Assembly (NCBI GenBank): GCA_963794945.1
Contig: CAWCFT010000002.1
Location: forward strand, 1-64,000
Length of the DNA: 64,000 bases
Source: Endomicrobiales bacterium
GTDB taxonomy: Bacteria; Elusimicrobiota; Endomicrobiia; Endomicrobiales; CAWCFT01
Reading direction: 5' to 3'
Part shown: positions 48,730 through 58,717 of the stretch, piece by piece
Layout of the letters: each line of letters starts with the position of its first letter
How positions within the stretch are numbered: the first letter of the stretch is position 1
Position numbers and translations under genes: made by a program
Notes under the pieces: model-generated
Told to the model about the DNA's origin: nothing
The model's input: the letters and a program-made list of their open reading frames with translations, nothing else
Databases searched by the model: none

Positions 48730-50737
48730 AGTCAGTATAATTTTACCAACCCATAATGGCGAAAAGTTTATCGGCGAGTCTATTGACAGCTGCCTTGCGC
48801 AGACGTACAGCAATTTTGAGCTTATAATTATCGATGACGCGTCTACGGACGGCACATCCGCCGTTATAAATGAATACGCTCGCGGGGATAGCAGGATACG
48901 CTTATTACACAACGACACGAACCTCAAATTACCGCGTACGCTCAACAAAGGATTTGAGTCTTCGACCGGTGAATACCTGACATGGACCTCAGATGATAAC
49001 CGCTATGCACTGAAAGCAATTGAACATATGGTCTCTTATCTTGACGAACACCCAGATACTGATTTTGTGTATTCGAATTTCTATTATATCGATGAAAAGG
49101 GGAACATAACAGGAAAGACCAGCCTGCCCGGGCCGCGCATGCACCGTATCGGCCCGTGTTTTATGTACCGGAGAAAAATTTACGCGACAATTGGCGGCTA
49201 CAACCCTGATGTTTTTCTGGTAGAAGACTACGAATACTGGCTTAGGGTATACGATAAATTTAAGATGCGCAGGCTGAATAAATACCTTTACTACCACAGG
49301 CTCCACAAGGACAGCTTGTCCAGCCGCAGCAGCCAGCAAGAGATAACCAGATTGATGGAGCAGGCCAGGGACAGGCTCGTGCGATCAAAATCATTCTTGA
49401 ATTTTCTTAAGGCAGATAAAGCTATTAAGCAAAACGACTATAGCGAGGCGCGTAAATATTTTCTCAAATCTTTCTTTCAGAACCCTTTCAACTTGCCTTT
49501 GCTGCGCATCGGTATCATTCTGTTAACGGGGCCAAAATTAACCGAAAGAATACGCGACATAAAAGACGTACTGAAAGTATTTTTGCGCTTCAGGGGTATA
49601 TCCAAGTACTTATTGATGATGATTGGCAAGTTAGCGGCTCATATAGCGTCCGTGAAGTTTGACGGCCGGACGCTTTTCTTTTTTCCCACGTTTCATATTG
49701 GAGGAGCCGACATCGTGCACCTGCGCATATTCTCGGCGCTGCGTTCATCCGAAAAGGTTTGCTTTTTTACAAATAGGTCTTTCAATAAAGCGCTTAAATC
49801 AGATTTTGACTCCTGTGGGAAAAGCTACGACATACATGCATTGACCGTGGGGCCGATACGGTACTTGATGCTCGGATATCTAACCACGTGTATCAACAGA
49901 TCGTGTGACGTCAAGATATTCTGCGGATCTTCATCGTTTTGTTACCAGCTCATCCCATATATCAACAGTCGGGCGCGTATTTATGACCTTATCCATGCTA
50001 TCAAGACTGAGCCTGAAAAGTTGTGTATCCCTGTAACGAACGTCATTGCCAGGCGCTTTGTAGTAGTAGAAAGAGTCAAGAATGAGCTGTTAAAACGTTA
50101 CGCCGCGTCCGGCATTCCCGCGGATGAGTACGGCAGCAGGATACAGGTTGTAACAAATTACGTCGACGTCCCCGCGACTTTTGTAAAAAACAATATCACG
50201 TTAATTAAGGATGTGCTTTTTGTAGGCAGGTTCGTCCGTCTCAAACGCCCTGAGATATTCGCGCGGGTAGCCCAGAAGTGCGTTTCTGAATTCAACGGCA
50301 TGACATTTTCGATGGTAGGTGATTACGAACGTTTTAAGCACTTTTATTCAGATGATATTTTCAAACACTGCCATATGTACGGAGAGATCGCCAATTTCAA
50401 GGTTTTGGACGATATATATGACAAACACCAGCTACTGCTCGTGACTTCTTCGCAGGAAGGTTTCCCGCTAGTCATAATGGAAGCGATGGCCCGCGGGCTC
50501 GTTGTAATATCAGTTGATGTCGGAGGCATACGCGACCACATAAAGCATGGGGAGAACGGCTTTCTTGTGGACGCCACAAAAAATGAAGATGTAGTGAACG
50601 GATTCGTTAATATTATAAGCCGTATTAAAGACGATCGGGGTGTTATTGAGAAAGTCGCACGCAACGGTTATGACTATGCGTTGAAACATTTTTCGAAAGA
50701 TGTTTTTGAAAGAAAATATAACGAGGCGCTTCTATGA
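48716..50737 (+). CDS. Bifunctional glycosyltransferase GT2 + GT4
   Basis: VSIILPTHN...IIDDASTD...WTSDD...EDYE (GT2); FVGR...K...EGFPLVIMEAMARG (GT4). Confidence 0.9.
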   Translation: MMNNKVSIILPTHNGEKFIGESIDSCLAQTYSNFELIIIDDASTDGTSAVINEYARGDSRIRLLHNDTNLKLPRTLNKGFESSTGEYLTWTSDDNRYALKAIEHMVSYLDEHPDTDFVYSNFYYIDEKGNITGKTSLPGPRMHRIGPCFMYRRKIYATIGGYNPDVFLVEDYEYWLRVYDKFKMRRLNKYLYYHRLHKDSLSSRSSQQEITRLMEQARDRLVRSKSFLNFLKADKAIKQNDYSEARKYFLKSFFQNPFNLPLLRIGIILLTGPKLTERIRDIKDVLKVFLRFRGISKYLLMMIGKLAAHIASVKFDGRTLFFFPTFHIGGADIVHLRIFSALRSSEKVCFFTNRSFNKALKSDFDSCGKSYDIHALTVGPIRYLMLGYLTTCINRSCDVKIFCGSSSFCYQLIPYINSRARIYDLIHAIKTEPEKLCIPVTNVIARRFVVVERVKNELLKRYAASGIPADEYGSRIQVVTNYVDVPATFVKNNITLIKDVLFVGRFVRLKRPEIFARVAQKCVSEFNGMTFSMVGDYERFKHFYSDDIFKHCHMYGEIANFKVLDDIYDKHQLLLVTSSQEGFPLVIMEAMARGLVVISVDVGGIRDHIKHGENGFLVDATKNEDVVNGFVNIISRIKDDRGVIEKVARNGYDYALKHFSKDVFERKYNEALL

Positions 50738-51753
50738 AAATTTTATTTGCCGGATGGCACAACCCAAATTTTATGTCTTTGACCGAGTATATCGAACACG
50801 CGCTCTCGCGCCTGGGGCACACACTGGAACTATTCGAATACAGACAGTTCATGATCCCGGGCAGGATCAGGAACACAGTACCTTTTCTGCAAAACTACGA
50901 TGTTAACAGGATAAACAACAAATTGATCGACAGGGTGGGCCAATTCAAGCCTGATATTTTATTCATTCTTCAGGGAGATACCATCAAACCGGAGACGATC
51001 GATATAATCAAGAGTAAATTCAAAGTAATTACCGTAAACTGGTACATCGACCAAAACCCTCTTATTGCTAATCTTTCTCTAAAGGCCGCCAAACATTACG
51101 ACCATTTCTTTTACAGTCATTCGGACGGCGTCAGGATGAACCATGAATACGGGAACAAAAACGTCAAATTATTATACTTCGCGTGCGATCCTAATGTCCA
51201 AAAACCTGTTGTTCCGAGCGCAGACGATATAAAACTTTACGGCAGCGACATTGTATTCGTAGGCTCGCATTATCCGGAGAGAGAAAGAACGCTTAGCTTT
51301 CTCGCTGATATGGGCCTGTCTATCTGGGGGCCGCGTTGGTCGTCAATACCGGCAAGTTCTCCACTCCATAAATGCATAAAAGGCGGCACCGTAGACCCAT
51401 CAGTATGGATAAAGATATTCAATTGTTCGAAAATCGTCCTTAACATCCATGCAGGGTTCGATGGAGAAAAGGGATCTCTTGCCCAGCAGGCGACGTGCAA
51501 GGTTTTTGAGATCCTTGCCTGCGGCTCTTTTGAAATCACCGATTCGAGCACCGACGTCAACGCCCTTTTTCAAACTAAAAGGCATCTTATCACATATTCA
51601 TCCAACAGCGAGCTTAAAGAACATGTAATATATTATCTCAGCCATGAAAATGAACGCAAGGAGATAGCCCGAAACGGCTACAACGAGGTAATTGCGAAAC
51701 ATACTTACACTCAAAGGATGAAAGAGATGCTTAAAATAGTCACTGGCGAATAA
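50734..51753 (+). CDS. CgeB/YkvP-family glycosyltransferase (Glyco_trans_1_2-like)
   Basis: FACDP, DIVFVGS.YPER, SKIVLNIH, KVFEILACG, HTYTQR. Confidence 0.85.
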   Translation: MKILFAGWHNPNFMSLTEYIEHALSRLGHTLELFEYRQFMIPGRIRNTVPFLQNYDVNRINNKLIDRVGQFKPDILFILQGDTIKPETIDIIKSKFKVITVNWYIDQNPLIANLSLKAAKHYDHFFYSHSDGVRMNHEYGNKNVKLLYFACDPNVQKPVVPSADDIKLYGSDIVFVGSHYPERERTLSFLADMGLSIWGPRWSSIPASSPLHKCIKGGTVDPSVWIKIFNCSKIVLNIHAGFDGEKGSLAQQATCKVFEILACGSFEITDSSTDVNALFQTKRHLITYSSNSELKEHVIYYLSHENERKEIARNGYNEVIAKHTYTQRMKEMLKIVTGE

Positions 51754-51850
51754 AATATTCTTATACACAACATGATTGCAAACGATTATGCTAAACTATG
51801 TGACATATGCGGCTGCGGTTGTGATTTAGAACTAATTTAAGGAGGATCAA

Positions 51851-52525
51851 ATGTGCACAACTTTCATATTAACGTTTGGTATGCTTAACCTTACCCCAGA
51901 GGATGTAAAAGGCAAACGTATAATCGATATCGGTTCGTACAACGTCAACGGTTCGTTCAGGCCGATATTCGAGTCTTGGAAACCAGCCGAATACGTAGGC
52001 GTTGATATCGCTGAAGGGCCCGGAGTGGACGTTGTTTGCACGGCAGAAGAAACATTGGCAAAATTCGGGCCTGAAAGTTTTGACATGGTGATTTCCACAG
52101 AGATGATAGAACATACCAGGAACTGGCGCAAAGTCATTTCTAATTTCAAAAACTTGTGCAAACCCGGCGGGGTTATCCTAGTGACAACAAGGTCATACGG
52201 TTCGCATTATCACGCATATCCGAATGATTTTTGGAGATATGAAGCGGATGATTTTAAAAACATTTTTTCTGACCTTATCATCAACAAAATAGATACTGAC
52301 CCCGTGGACCCTGGTGTAGTTATAAAAGCCACAAAACCTGCGGGTTTTAAGGAGATCGACCTGTCAAACTATAAGCTTTATTCAATAGTGACCGGCCAGA
52401 AGATGATTGATATTGATGACAAAACCCTGGAAGCCTTCTACAGCAATTTTAACCGGTACGACAAGGTTAAAGACATCTTCAGGAATATTTATAACTTCAT
52501 TTTCGGTGAAAAAAAGGTCATATAA
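51851..52525 (+). CDS. Class I SAM-dependent methyltransferase
   Basis: SD AAGGAGG; IDIGSYNVNG, GVDI...GPGVD, STEMIEH, HAYPNDFWRY. Confidence 0.88.
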   Translation: MCTTFILTFGMLNLTPEDVKGKRIIDIGSYNVNGSFRPIFESWKPAEYVGVDIAEGPGVDVVCTAEETLAKFGPESFDMVISTEMIEHTRNWRKVISNFKNLCKPGGVILVTTRSYGSHYHAYPNDFWRYEADDFKNIFSDLIINKIDTDPVDPGVVIKATKPAGFKEIDLSNYKLYSIVTGQKMIDIDDKTLEAFYSNFNRYDKVKDIFRNIYNFIFGEKKVI

Positions 52526-52551
52526 TAAATCTTAAAAGGATTTACTCATAA

Positions 52552-53845
52552 ATGCCCAGAGATATTTCCATAATAATTCCTTCCTATAATGGTATTGAGC
52601 TTTTAAAAAAATCAATTCCATACGTTATGGAGGAATGCTCTAATTATCACGGCAAGACTGAGATAATAGTCGTTGACGATGGCGGGACGGACGCCACACC
52701 AGACGATATACCACATCGTTTTGCTGGAGTTAAAGTTGTAAAACGGGAGCACAACGGCGGCTTCTGTAAAGCCGCCAATGAAGGGATTCTTAATGCTTCG
52801 TACCCTTTCGTGTTCCTTCTCAATAACGATATCGAGATCACCGGAGGTATATTCAGCAAACTGTCAGAACTGTTTTGACGATCCTTCAGTTTTCGCTGTG
52901 CAGACAAAAATAGTTTCATCGGACGATGAAATAAAAAACAACTTCATAAATGTCTATTATTCGAAATTAGGCGTATTCATATATAAGTACACAAAAGCTT
53001 CAATAAAGAACGACCAGCCGGTTGAGATCGGTTTTGCCTCTGGCGGAGCCTCTATGTTCGATAGGGACAAACTGATAGCGCTCTGCCTTTTTGATGAGAA
53101 GTTCTCGCCTTTTTATGCTGAAGACCTTGACCTGAGTTTCAGGTCCAAGCTATGGGGCTGGAAAACCCTATTTCACCCTTCCGCCGTATCCTATCACAAA
53201 CATGTCGCTTCAACGATCAATACCAATTATTCTTTTGCAAAGAGAAATATAATCCACACCAGGAACATATTCTATTTCTATTGGAAGAACCTTCCTTACC
53301 TTAAGATATTTCCGCTTTGCATCGTGACATTGCCTCTGTATCTTATATACAAACTCCTAAGAGGCAACCCATGGTATCTGCTTGGGTTCATTTCCTCACT
53401 ATTTAGTTATTTTTCAAAAGCAACAGAACCCACAACGGTTTTCAGCAACGTGCTTTATGCGGGCGGCGTGCAGTCTGAATCCGATAAGACGTTATTGGAA
53501 TCCCTGCGGGCGCATCACAATGACGCCACTCATCACATATTTGCCGTTTACAACAAAAAACTAGAAACGGCCATGTCCGGGAACCCTGTGTGTTTCAACA
53601 ATATTTCTCTGCTAAATCCTGTGCCGGGCTTTATTAAAAGTATTTATTTAGCTAAAATTGTTAAGCCTGAGATAATTCATTGCTGTGTTTCCTCACTGCT
53701 ACATGGCCTTGTCTGGATATGTGTCGCAAAAATGCTTAAGATACCGATAGTGCTTCATTTCAGGGAAGATGAAATTAACGGATGGCAAGCCGGGTTTCTA
53801 TCAGGTCTGGCGAAAATAAAAAGGAGTAAAAATGCTCAAATCTAA
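52552..53845 (+). CDS. GT2 glycosyltransferase with a partial GT4-like N-domain at its C-terminus, ~430 aa after one frameshift
   Basis: ISIIIPSYNG, VVDDG, LLNND, FDEKFSPFYAEDLDL; ORFs join at CAGAAC 52865-52870. Confidence 0.82.
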
Positions 53846-54440
53846 CTTTATCTATATTAATTTCATTAAAATTCCCGTGAAGAAGTTTATGTGTTTTTTG
53901 CGAGGGATAAAATCCGGAACAAACACTTATATTTCGTTTAAAGCGGGGTTGAAGAAGCCCGGACAGATAACTCTTGGCACCAACGTAGTTGTAGAAAAAT
54001 ATGCCAGGCTCGAGTGCGTAGGCAAAACAGCCGAAATGAATATAGGAGAAGCGACTTTTATCAGGCCGTACGGTTATATTAAAGCCGATGGCAGCAAGGT
54101 GCGGATCGGCAAAAGGTGCACGTTCAACGATTTTTCATTGATCAACGCGGTGGGCGATGTGACCATTGGTGACGACGTCCACATAGCTTCGCACGTCGTA
54201 ATTGTATCGATGAACCATATATTCAAGGACCCGGCCAAACCCATTGCCTTGCAGGGTTCAAGCAAGGTTGGGATAACTATAGAAGATGATATATGGATAG
54301 GCACTTCAGCGGTAATTTTAGACGGCGTCACGATAGGGAAAGGTTCTGTTATAGCCGCCGGCGCGGTTGTCACAAGCTCGATACCGCCTTACTCAATAGC
54401 TGCCGGCGTTCCGGCAAGAGTTATAAAGAAAAGGGGTTAA
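53832..54440 (+). CDS. Hexapeptide-repeat (LbH) O-acetyltransferase
   Basis: IEDDIWIG...GVTIGKGSVIAAGAVVT...AGVPARVIK. Confidence 0.92.
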   Translation: MLKSNFIYINFIKIPVKKFMCFLRGIKSGTNTYISFKAGLKKPGQITLGTNVVVEKYARLECVGKTAEMNIGEATFIRPYGYIKADGSKVRIGKRCTFNDFSLINAVGDVTIGDDVHIASHVVIVSMNHIFKDPAKPIALQGSSKVGITIEDDIWIGTSAVILDGVTIGKGSVIAAGAVVTSSIPPYSIAAGVPARVIKKRG

Positions 54441-54449
54441 ACAACACTA

Positions 54450-55325
54450 ATGGCGACTAACGAGACATTTGAAAAATTCGAATTCATGAAAACCGACATA
54501 TCGAGGGCAGTCTTTGACAGGCGCGTGATCGATGTATCAGGATATTTTGGCTGGCGCGCCGGCTACCGGGCAGTGCGGTCCGGAATACCGTTCGGAAAAC
54601 TGAATATAATCGAGATAGGCTGCGGAACGGGAACATTTTGTCTTGCGTTCGCGTTAATGGGCGCAAACGTTACGTTATTCGATATCGACAATGATGCCCT
54701 TGAAACAGCAAAACAAGTTTACGCCTTGTACGGCCTTAAACCCACGACCGTCAGAGCTAGCGTGACCGACACTCTGCGCGGAGAATTGTCCGGTGAATTC
54801 GACATGTCCGTTTCCCTCGGCCTGGCAGAACACTTTACGGGAGATGAAAGGATCCGCGTAATTAAACTCCACAGGCAGCTTCTCAATGAAAGCGGCTTAA
54901 CCGTGATAGGCGTGCCAAACGGGATGAGCCCGTTCTACAGCGTTGTAAGATTTGTTAACACAGTCCTCGGACAGTGGAAGATAAAACAAGAATTGCCTTT
55001 TACTCCATCGGAATTAAGGTCTATAGGGAAAAAGGCAGGATATTCGGAAATCAACATCATAGGCAATCACGCTGTTAAGGACGACCTGTCTATCTATTCG
55101 AAAGGGCTTTTGTCCTCCCTATTTCATATTTTGCCTGACAATATACGAAAGTCCTTAAAACGCCCCTTCAACGGAGGAGAACACCCGGAGGCCGCGGCGG
55201 AGGCTGATATTTCAGTTTTAAGAGATAACCTTATCCAGAAAGCAAATTCCCTAAAACAGGATTCAGTAGAATCCGGGAAACTGAAAGACTTGATCAGTTC
55301 AGGACTATATCTCATAGGAAGATAA
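54450..55325 (+). CDS. Class I SAM-dependent methyltransferase
   Basis: IIEIGCGTG, LFDID, FDMSVSLGLAEHF, IGVPN. Confidence 0.88.
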   Translation: MATNETFEKFEFMKTDISRAVFDRRVIDVSGYFGWRAGYRAVRSGIPFGKLNIIEIGCGTGTFCLAFALMGANVTLFDIDNDALETAKQVYALYGLKPTTVRASVTDTLRGELSGEFDMSVSLGLAEHFTGDERIRVIKLHRQLLNESGLTVIGVPNGMSPFYSVVRFVNTVLGQWKIKQELPFTPSELRSIGKKAGYSEINIIGNHAVKDDLSIYSKGLLSSLFHILPDNIRKSLKRPFNGGEHPEAAAEADISVLRDNLIQKANSLKQDSVESGKLKDLISSGLYLIGR

Positions 55326-55330
55326 CATTT

Positions 55331-56203
55331 ATGGACACAAAAGTTGCGGCCCTGATTATAGCTTTCAATAACTCTAAGGGGTTAGATAATGTCCTAACCG
55401 CTTTACATTCACAGAAATTAAAGGCTAGCGAAATAGTTGTTATAGATAATGCCAGCACGGACGACACAAATTCGATGGTCAAGGAAAAATACCCGGATGT
55501 AACTTATATAAGGCTTGATGAGAATGTCGGAAGTGCTGGCGGCTATTATGAAGGTATCAAATATGCCGCCGTGAAAAACGACGTTATCTGGACGCTCGAT
55601 GACGACCTTACTATCTTTCCTGACACTCTATTAAAACTTGTCGAAACATTTGAATATCTTAAAACGATAGAGAATGTAGGAGGGGTTCGCTGTACAGTGT
55701 ATCCTGATACCAGGAGCTATTACGAGGCTGGCGGTTTTGCCTGGCGCGGCACTCTATTAAACAGTGAGGCAGTAAAAAAGATAGGGTATCCTAATAAGGA
55801 TTATTATCTCTATGCGGAAGATGTGGAATATTCCATGCGGATGTATAAAGCGGGATATAAGGTATTTTATGTGACTGCCAGCAAAATGGCCTTCACCAGG
55901 CCGAATCAAACTGTTTACAATGTTTTAGGTTTGAAAACGAGTTTTTATAACGACCCTGACAGGCTGTATTACAGTATCCGCAACTCAACTGCGACATTTA
56001 TAAAATACATCTTAATAATCCAATTATTTTATTTAATCGGTTATTCACTTAAAATATTATTATGCTTGATAAAATATCCTTTAAAGAATAAGGACAAATT
56101 CTTATCGGCTATCCTGCTTGGCTTTTTCCATGGCATTACTTCAAAACTTGGCAAATATAATAGATTTGTGCCAGAAGCAACATCTGAAGGGGGCGCACAA
56201 TAA
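55331..56203 (+). CDS. GT2 glycosyltransferase
   Basis: VVIDNASTD, ENVGSAGG, WTLDDD, YAEDVEYS. Confidence 0.9.
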   Translation: MDTKVAALIIAFNNSKGLDNVLTALHSQKLKASEIVVIDNASTDDTNSMVKEKYPDVTYIRLDENVGSAGGYYEGIKYAAVKNDVIWTLDDDLTIFPDTLLKLVETFEYLKTIENVGGVRCTVYPDTRSYYEAGGFAWRGTLLNSEAVKKIGYPNKDYYLYAEDVEYSMRMYKAGYKVFYVTASKMAFTRPNQTVYNVLGLKTSFYNDPDRLYYSIRNSTATFIKYILIIQLFYLIGYSLKILLCLIKYPLKNKDKFLSAILLGFFHGITSKLGKYNRFVPEATSEGGAQ

Positions 56204-56208
56204 TATCT

Positions 56209-56958
56209 ATGGAAAAATTAAGCGCTGCATTGATAGTTAAAAATTCCGAAGCCCATATTCGCGAGTGTCTTGAATCGCTCAAGTGGGCCGATGAGATAGT
56301 CATCCTCGACGGGTTCAGCACGGATAAGACCGTTGATATCTGCCGGGAATTCACAGATAAGGTCTATCAGAAAGAGTTCACGGGCTTCAACGAGGAACGG
56401 CAAGAACTTCTTTCGAGAACCGCCAACAAGTGGGTATTTATGGTAGACAGCGACATGGTTATTCCGAAAGAACTGTTCGAAGAGATCATGAAAGTGATGG
56501 AGAATCCCTTGTGTTCGGGGTATAATATGAGGGCTCTTACGCTGCTGTGGGGAAAGCCGGTTAAACACAGCGGCTGGTTCGCACCGGGTTATCTTAGGCT
56601 GTTCAATAAAGAAAAAGGCGGATACAATACAAAGCTCAAGTACCTCGATCTTTTTATAGTTAAGGAAGGGGAAACCGGCGTTCTGAAGAATCATTTAGTA
56701 CATTACGGTTATAATAGCCTTAAAGAATATGTTGATAAGGTCAACCGGTATACAACGCTTGATGCTCAGGACCTCAATACTAAAGGTGTTAAATTCTCGC
56801 TATTGAAGATCATCCTCCGGCCGCCCGCTATATTTTTCAACAGATATATTTACAAACTGGGTTTCCTCGATGGTATGACGGGCCTTATAATCGCTATATT
56901 TACAACATACACGTATATAGTTTCATACTTGAAGTTGTGGGAACTGCAGAAAAAATAG
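56209..56958 (+). CDS. GT2 glycosyltransferase (WaaE/KdtX-like beta-glucosyltransferase family)
   Basis: CLESLKWADEIV.LD..STDKT, KVNRYT, YIYKLGFLDG..G. Confidence 0.88.
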   Translation: MEKLSAALIVKNSEAHIRECLESLKWADEIVILDGFSTDKTVDICREFTDKVYQKEFTGFNEERQELLSRTANKWVFMVDSDMVIPKELFEEIMKVMENPLCSGYNMRALTLLWGKPVKHSGWFAPGYLRLFNKEKGGYNTKLKYLDLFIVKEGETGVLKNHLVHYGYNSLKEYVDKVNRYTTLDAQDLNTKGVKFSLLKIILRPPAIFFNRYIYKLGFLDGMTGLIIAIFTTYTYIVSYLKLWELQKK

Positions 56959-56974
56959 TTTTTGGAGAGGTTTT

Positions 56975-57628
56975 ATGGCTGTAGAGAACATGGATGGTGA
57001 ATACCTCTATACGGAAACTACAAGAAAAGAGATATTGCCGCTGATACATGAAAAAGCCGCCACAGCCCTTGAGATCGGGTGCAGCTTCGGCAACACTCTA
57101 ACATGGCTGAAGCAGGAAGGCCACTGCGAGAGAGCATTCGGTGTGGAGATCAATGAGCGTGCCGCAGAAGAAGCGCGCAAGCGACTGGATGGCGTATTCT
57201 GCGGTAATGTTGAGAACATCAAAATACCTTTGGCGCCAGGAAGCGTCAACCTGCTTTTGTGCCTGGACGTCCTGGAGCATCTTCATGACCCCTGGGGAAC
57301 TCTCAGGAAACTTCAGGAACAGCTGCTGGCTCCGGGTGGCATACTTATAGTCAGCGTTCCGAACGTTCAGCACCATTCCGTAGTATTCCCTCTTCTATTT
57401 AAGGGAAAGTGGCCGTACGCGGGTTCCGGATTGCTTGATAAATCGCATTTACGTTTTTTTACCCGAAATACCACAAAGAAAATGATAACCGATGCCGGTT
57501 TCCAGATCGAGGCTGTAACGAATACGAAATTCAGGAGTTCCATGAGGTTGATCAACTTTCTGACTTTTAACCTGTTCAAGCCCATGATGGTATTCCAATA
57601 CTTTATCAGAGCAAGGAAGATCCAATGA
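56975..57628 (+). CDS. Class I SAM-dependent methyltransferase
   Basis: LEIGCSFG, GVEIN, LDVLEHLHDP, SVPN, GLLDKSHLRFFT. Confidence 0.9.
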   Translation: MAVENMDGEYLYTETTRKEILPLIHEKAATALEIGCSFGNTLTWLKQEGHCERAFGVEINERAAEEARKRLDGVFCGNVENIKIPLAPGSVNLLLCLDVLEHLHDPWGTLRKLQEQLLAPGGILIVSVPNVQHHSVVFPLLFKGKWPYAGSGLLDKSHLRFFTRNTTKKMITDAGFQIEAVTNTKFRSSMRLINFLTFNLFKPMMVFQYFIRARKIQ

Positions 57629-58717
57629 TCACAGTCCTCTACTGGTCGAATTATTCATCGTTAACTACGGGCGGACAAAAGAGCCTTTCTTATATACTGC
57701 GTGATATTGACAGGTCCAGGTACAAACCGGTGCTCGCCTGCCAGAACGAAGGCGCTTTGACGGCAAGGGCTCGGGAGTACGGCATAGAAGTAGAACTGTT
57801 AAAGCTGCCAAAGGCGATGCGCCCCTGGTATCTGCCTTCAATAATCCAGTATATCTACGGCCTAAACAAGATAATCAACCGTCATGATGCAAAGATAGTG
57901 CACTCGGAAGAGCTGACCGTAGTATTCATGGCAAGCATTTTAAGGTTGTTTAAAAAATTCAAGGTCATATGGCACGTAAGAGTGCTCTGGGACAACCCTG
58001 CACAGAAAAAGATCGGCCTTTTTCTTTCCGATGCTGTCGTTCTGCGTTTCACGCTCGGTAGCGAACAGCTTCAAGTCATCTTCGGATAAGATCAACGTGG
58101 TTTGCAACGGAATTGACCCGTCAGAGTTCGCTCCGGGCGGTGAAAAAATGTCGTCCGAATTATTTTCGCCTCAAGACACGCTTATCGGTCAGATAGGGAC
58201 GCTCGTAGAGCACAAGAAGACCCATATCCTGGTGAAAGCGGCGCCGCTTGTCCTTAAGGACCACCCCGCGGTAAAATTCCTTATCATAGGCTGTGGCGGC
58301 GAAGATTACACGCTCTACCTTAAGAACCTTGCAAAAGAGCTAAACGTTGAGAAAAGCGTTATTTTCTGGGGTGAAGAGACCAATATCAAGCCCCTGTTAA
58401 ACAGGCTGGATATCATCTGCCTGCTTTCAAAGAACGAAGGCTTGTCCAGGACGCTTCTCGAAGCTATGGCTCTTGAAAAAGTGGTATTGGTTTCGGATAT
58501 ACCGCAAAACACTGAACTTGTCACCCACGGGAAAACCGGGTTTGCGGCAAAGCTAGACTCGCCGGAAGATACCGCGCGCTGCATTAACACTATACTCACC
58601 GATTGGGAAAAGTCCATGGAAATGGGGAAAGCGGCAAGAAAGCTTGTAATAAACGAGTTTTCGCTTCAAAAAACTATATCGCGGATCCACGGACTGTACG
58701 AAAGGCTCGGCTTTTAA
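57625..58717 (+). CDS. GT4 glycosyltransferase, ~363 aa after one frameshift
   Basis: GGQKSL, WHVR, VCNGID, EGLSRTLLEAMA; ORFs join at GTTCTG 58039-58044 (restores DAVVCVS). Confidence 0.88.

Noticed and set aside
9323..58044. Programmed ribosomal frameshifting or phase variation at the recurrent frameshift motif
   Set aside because: The motif occurs in both orientations relative to translation, is not a slippery heptamer or homopolymer tract, and hits unrelated genes.
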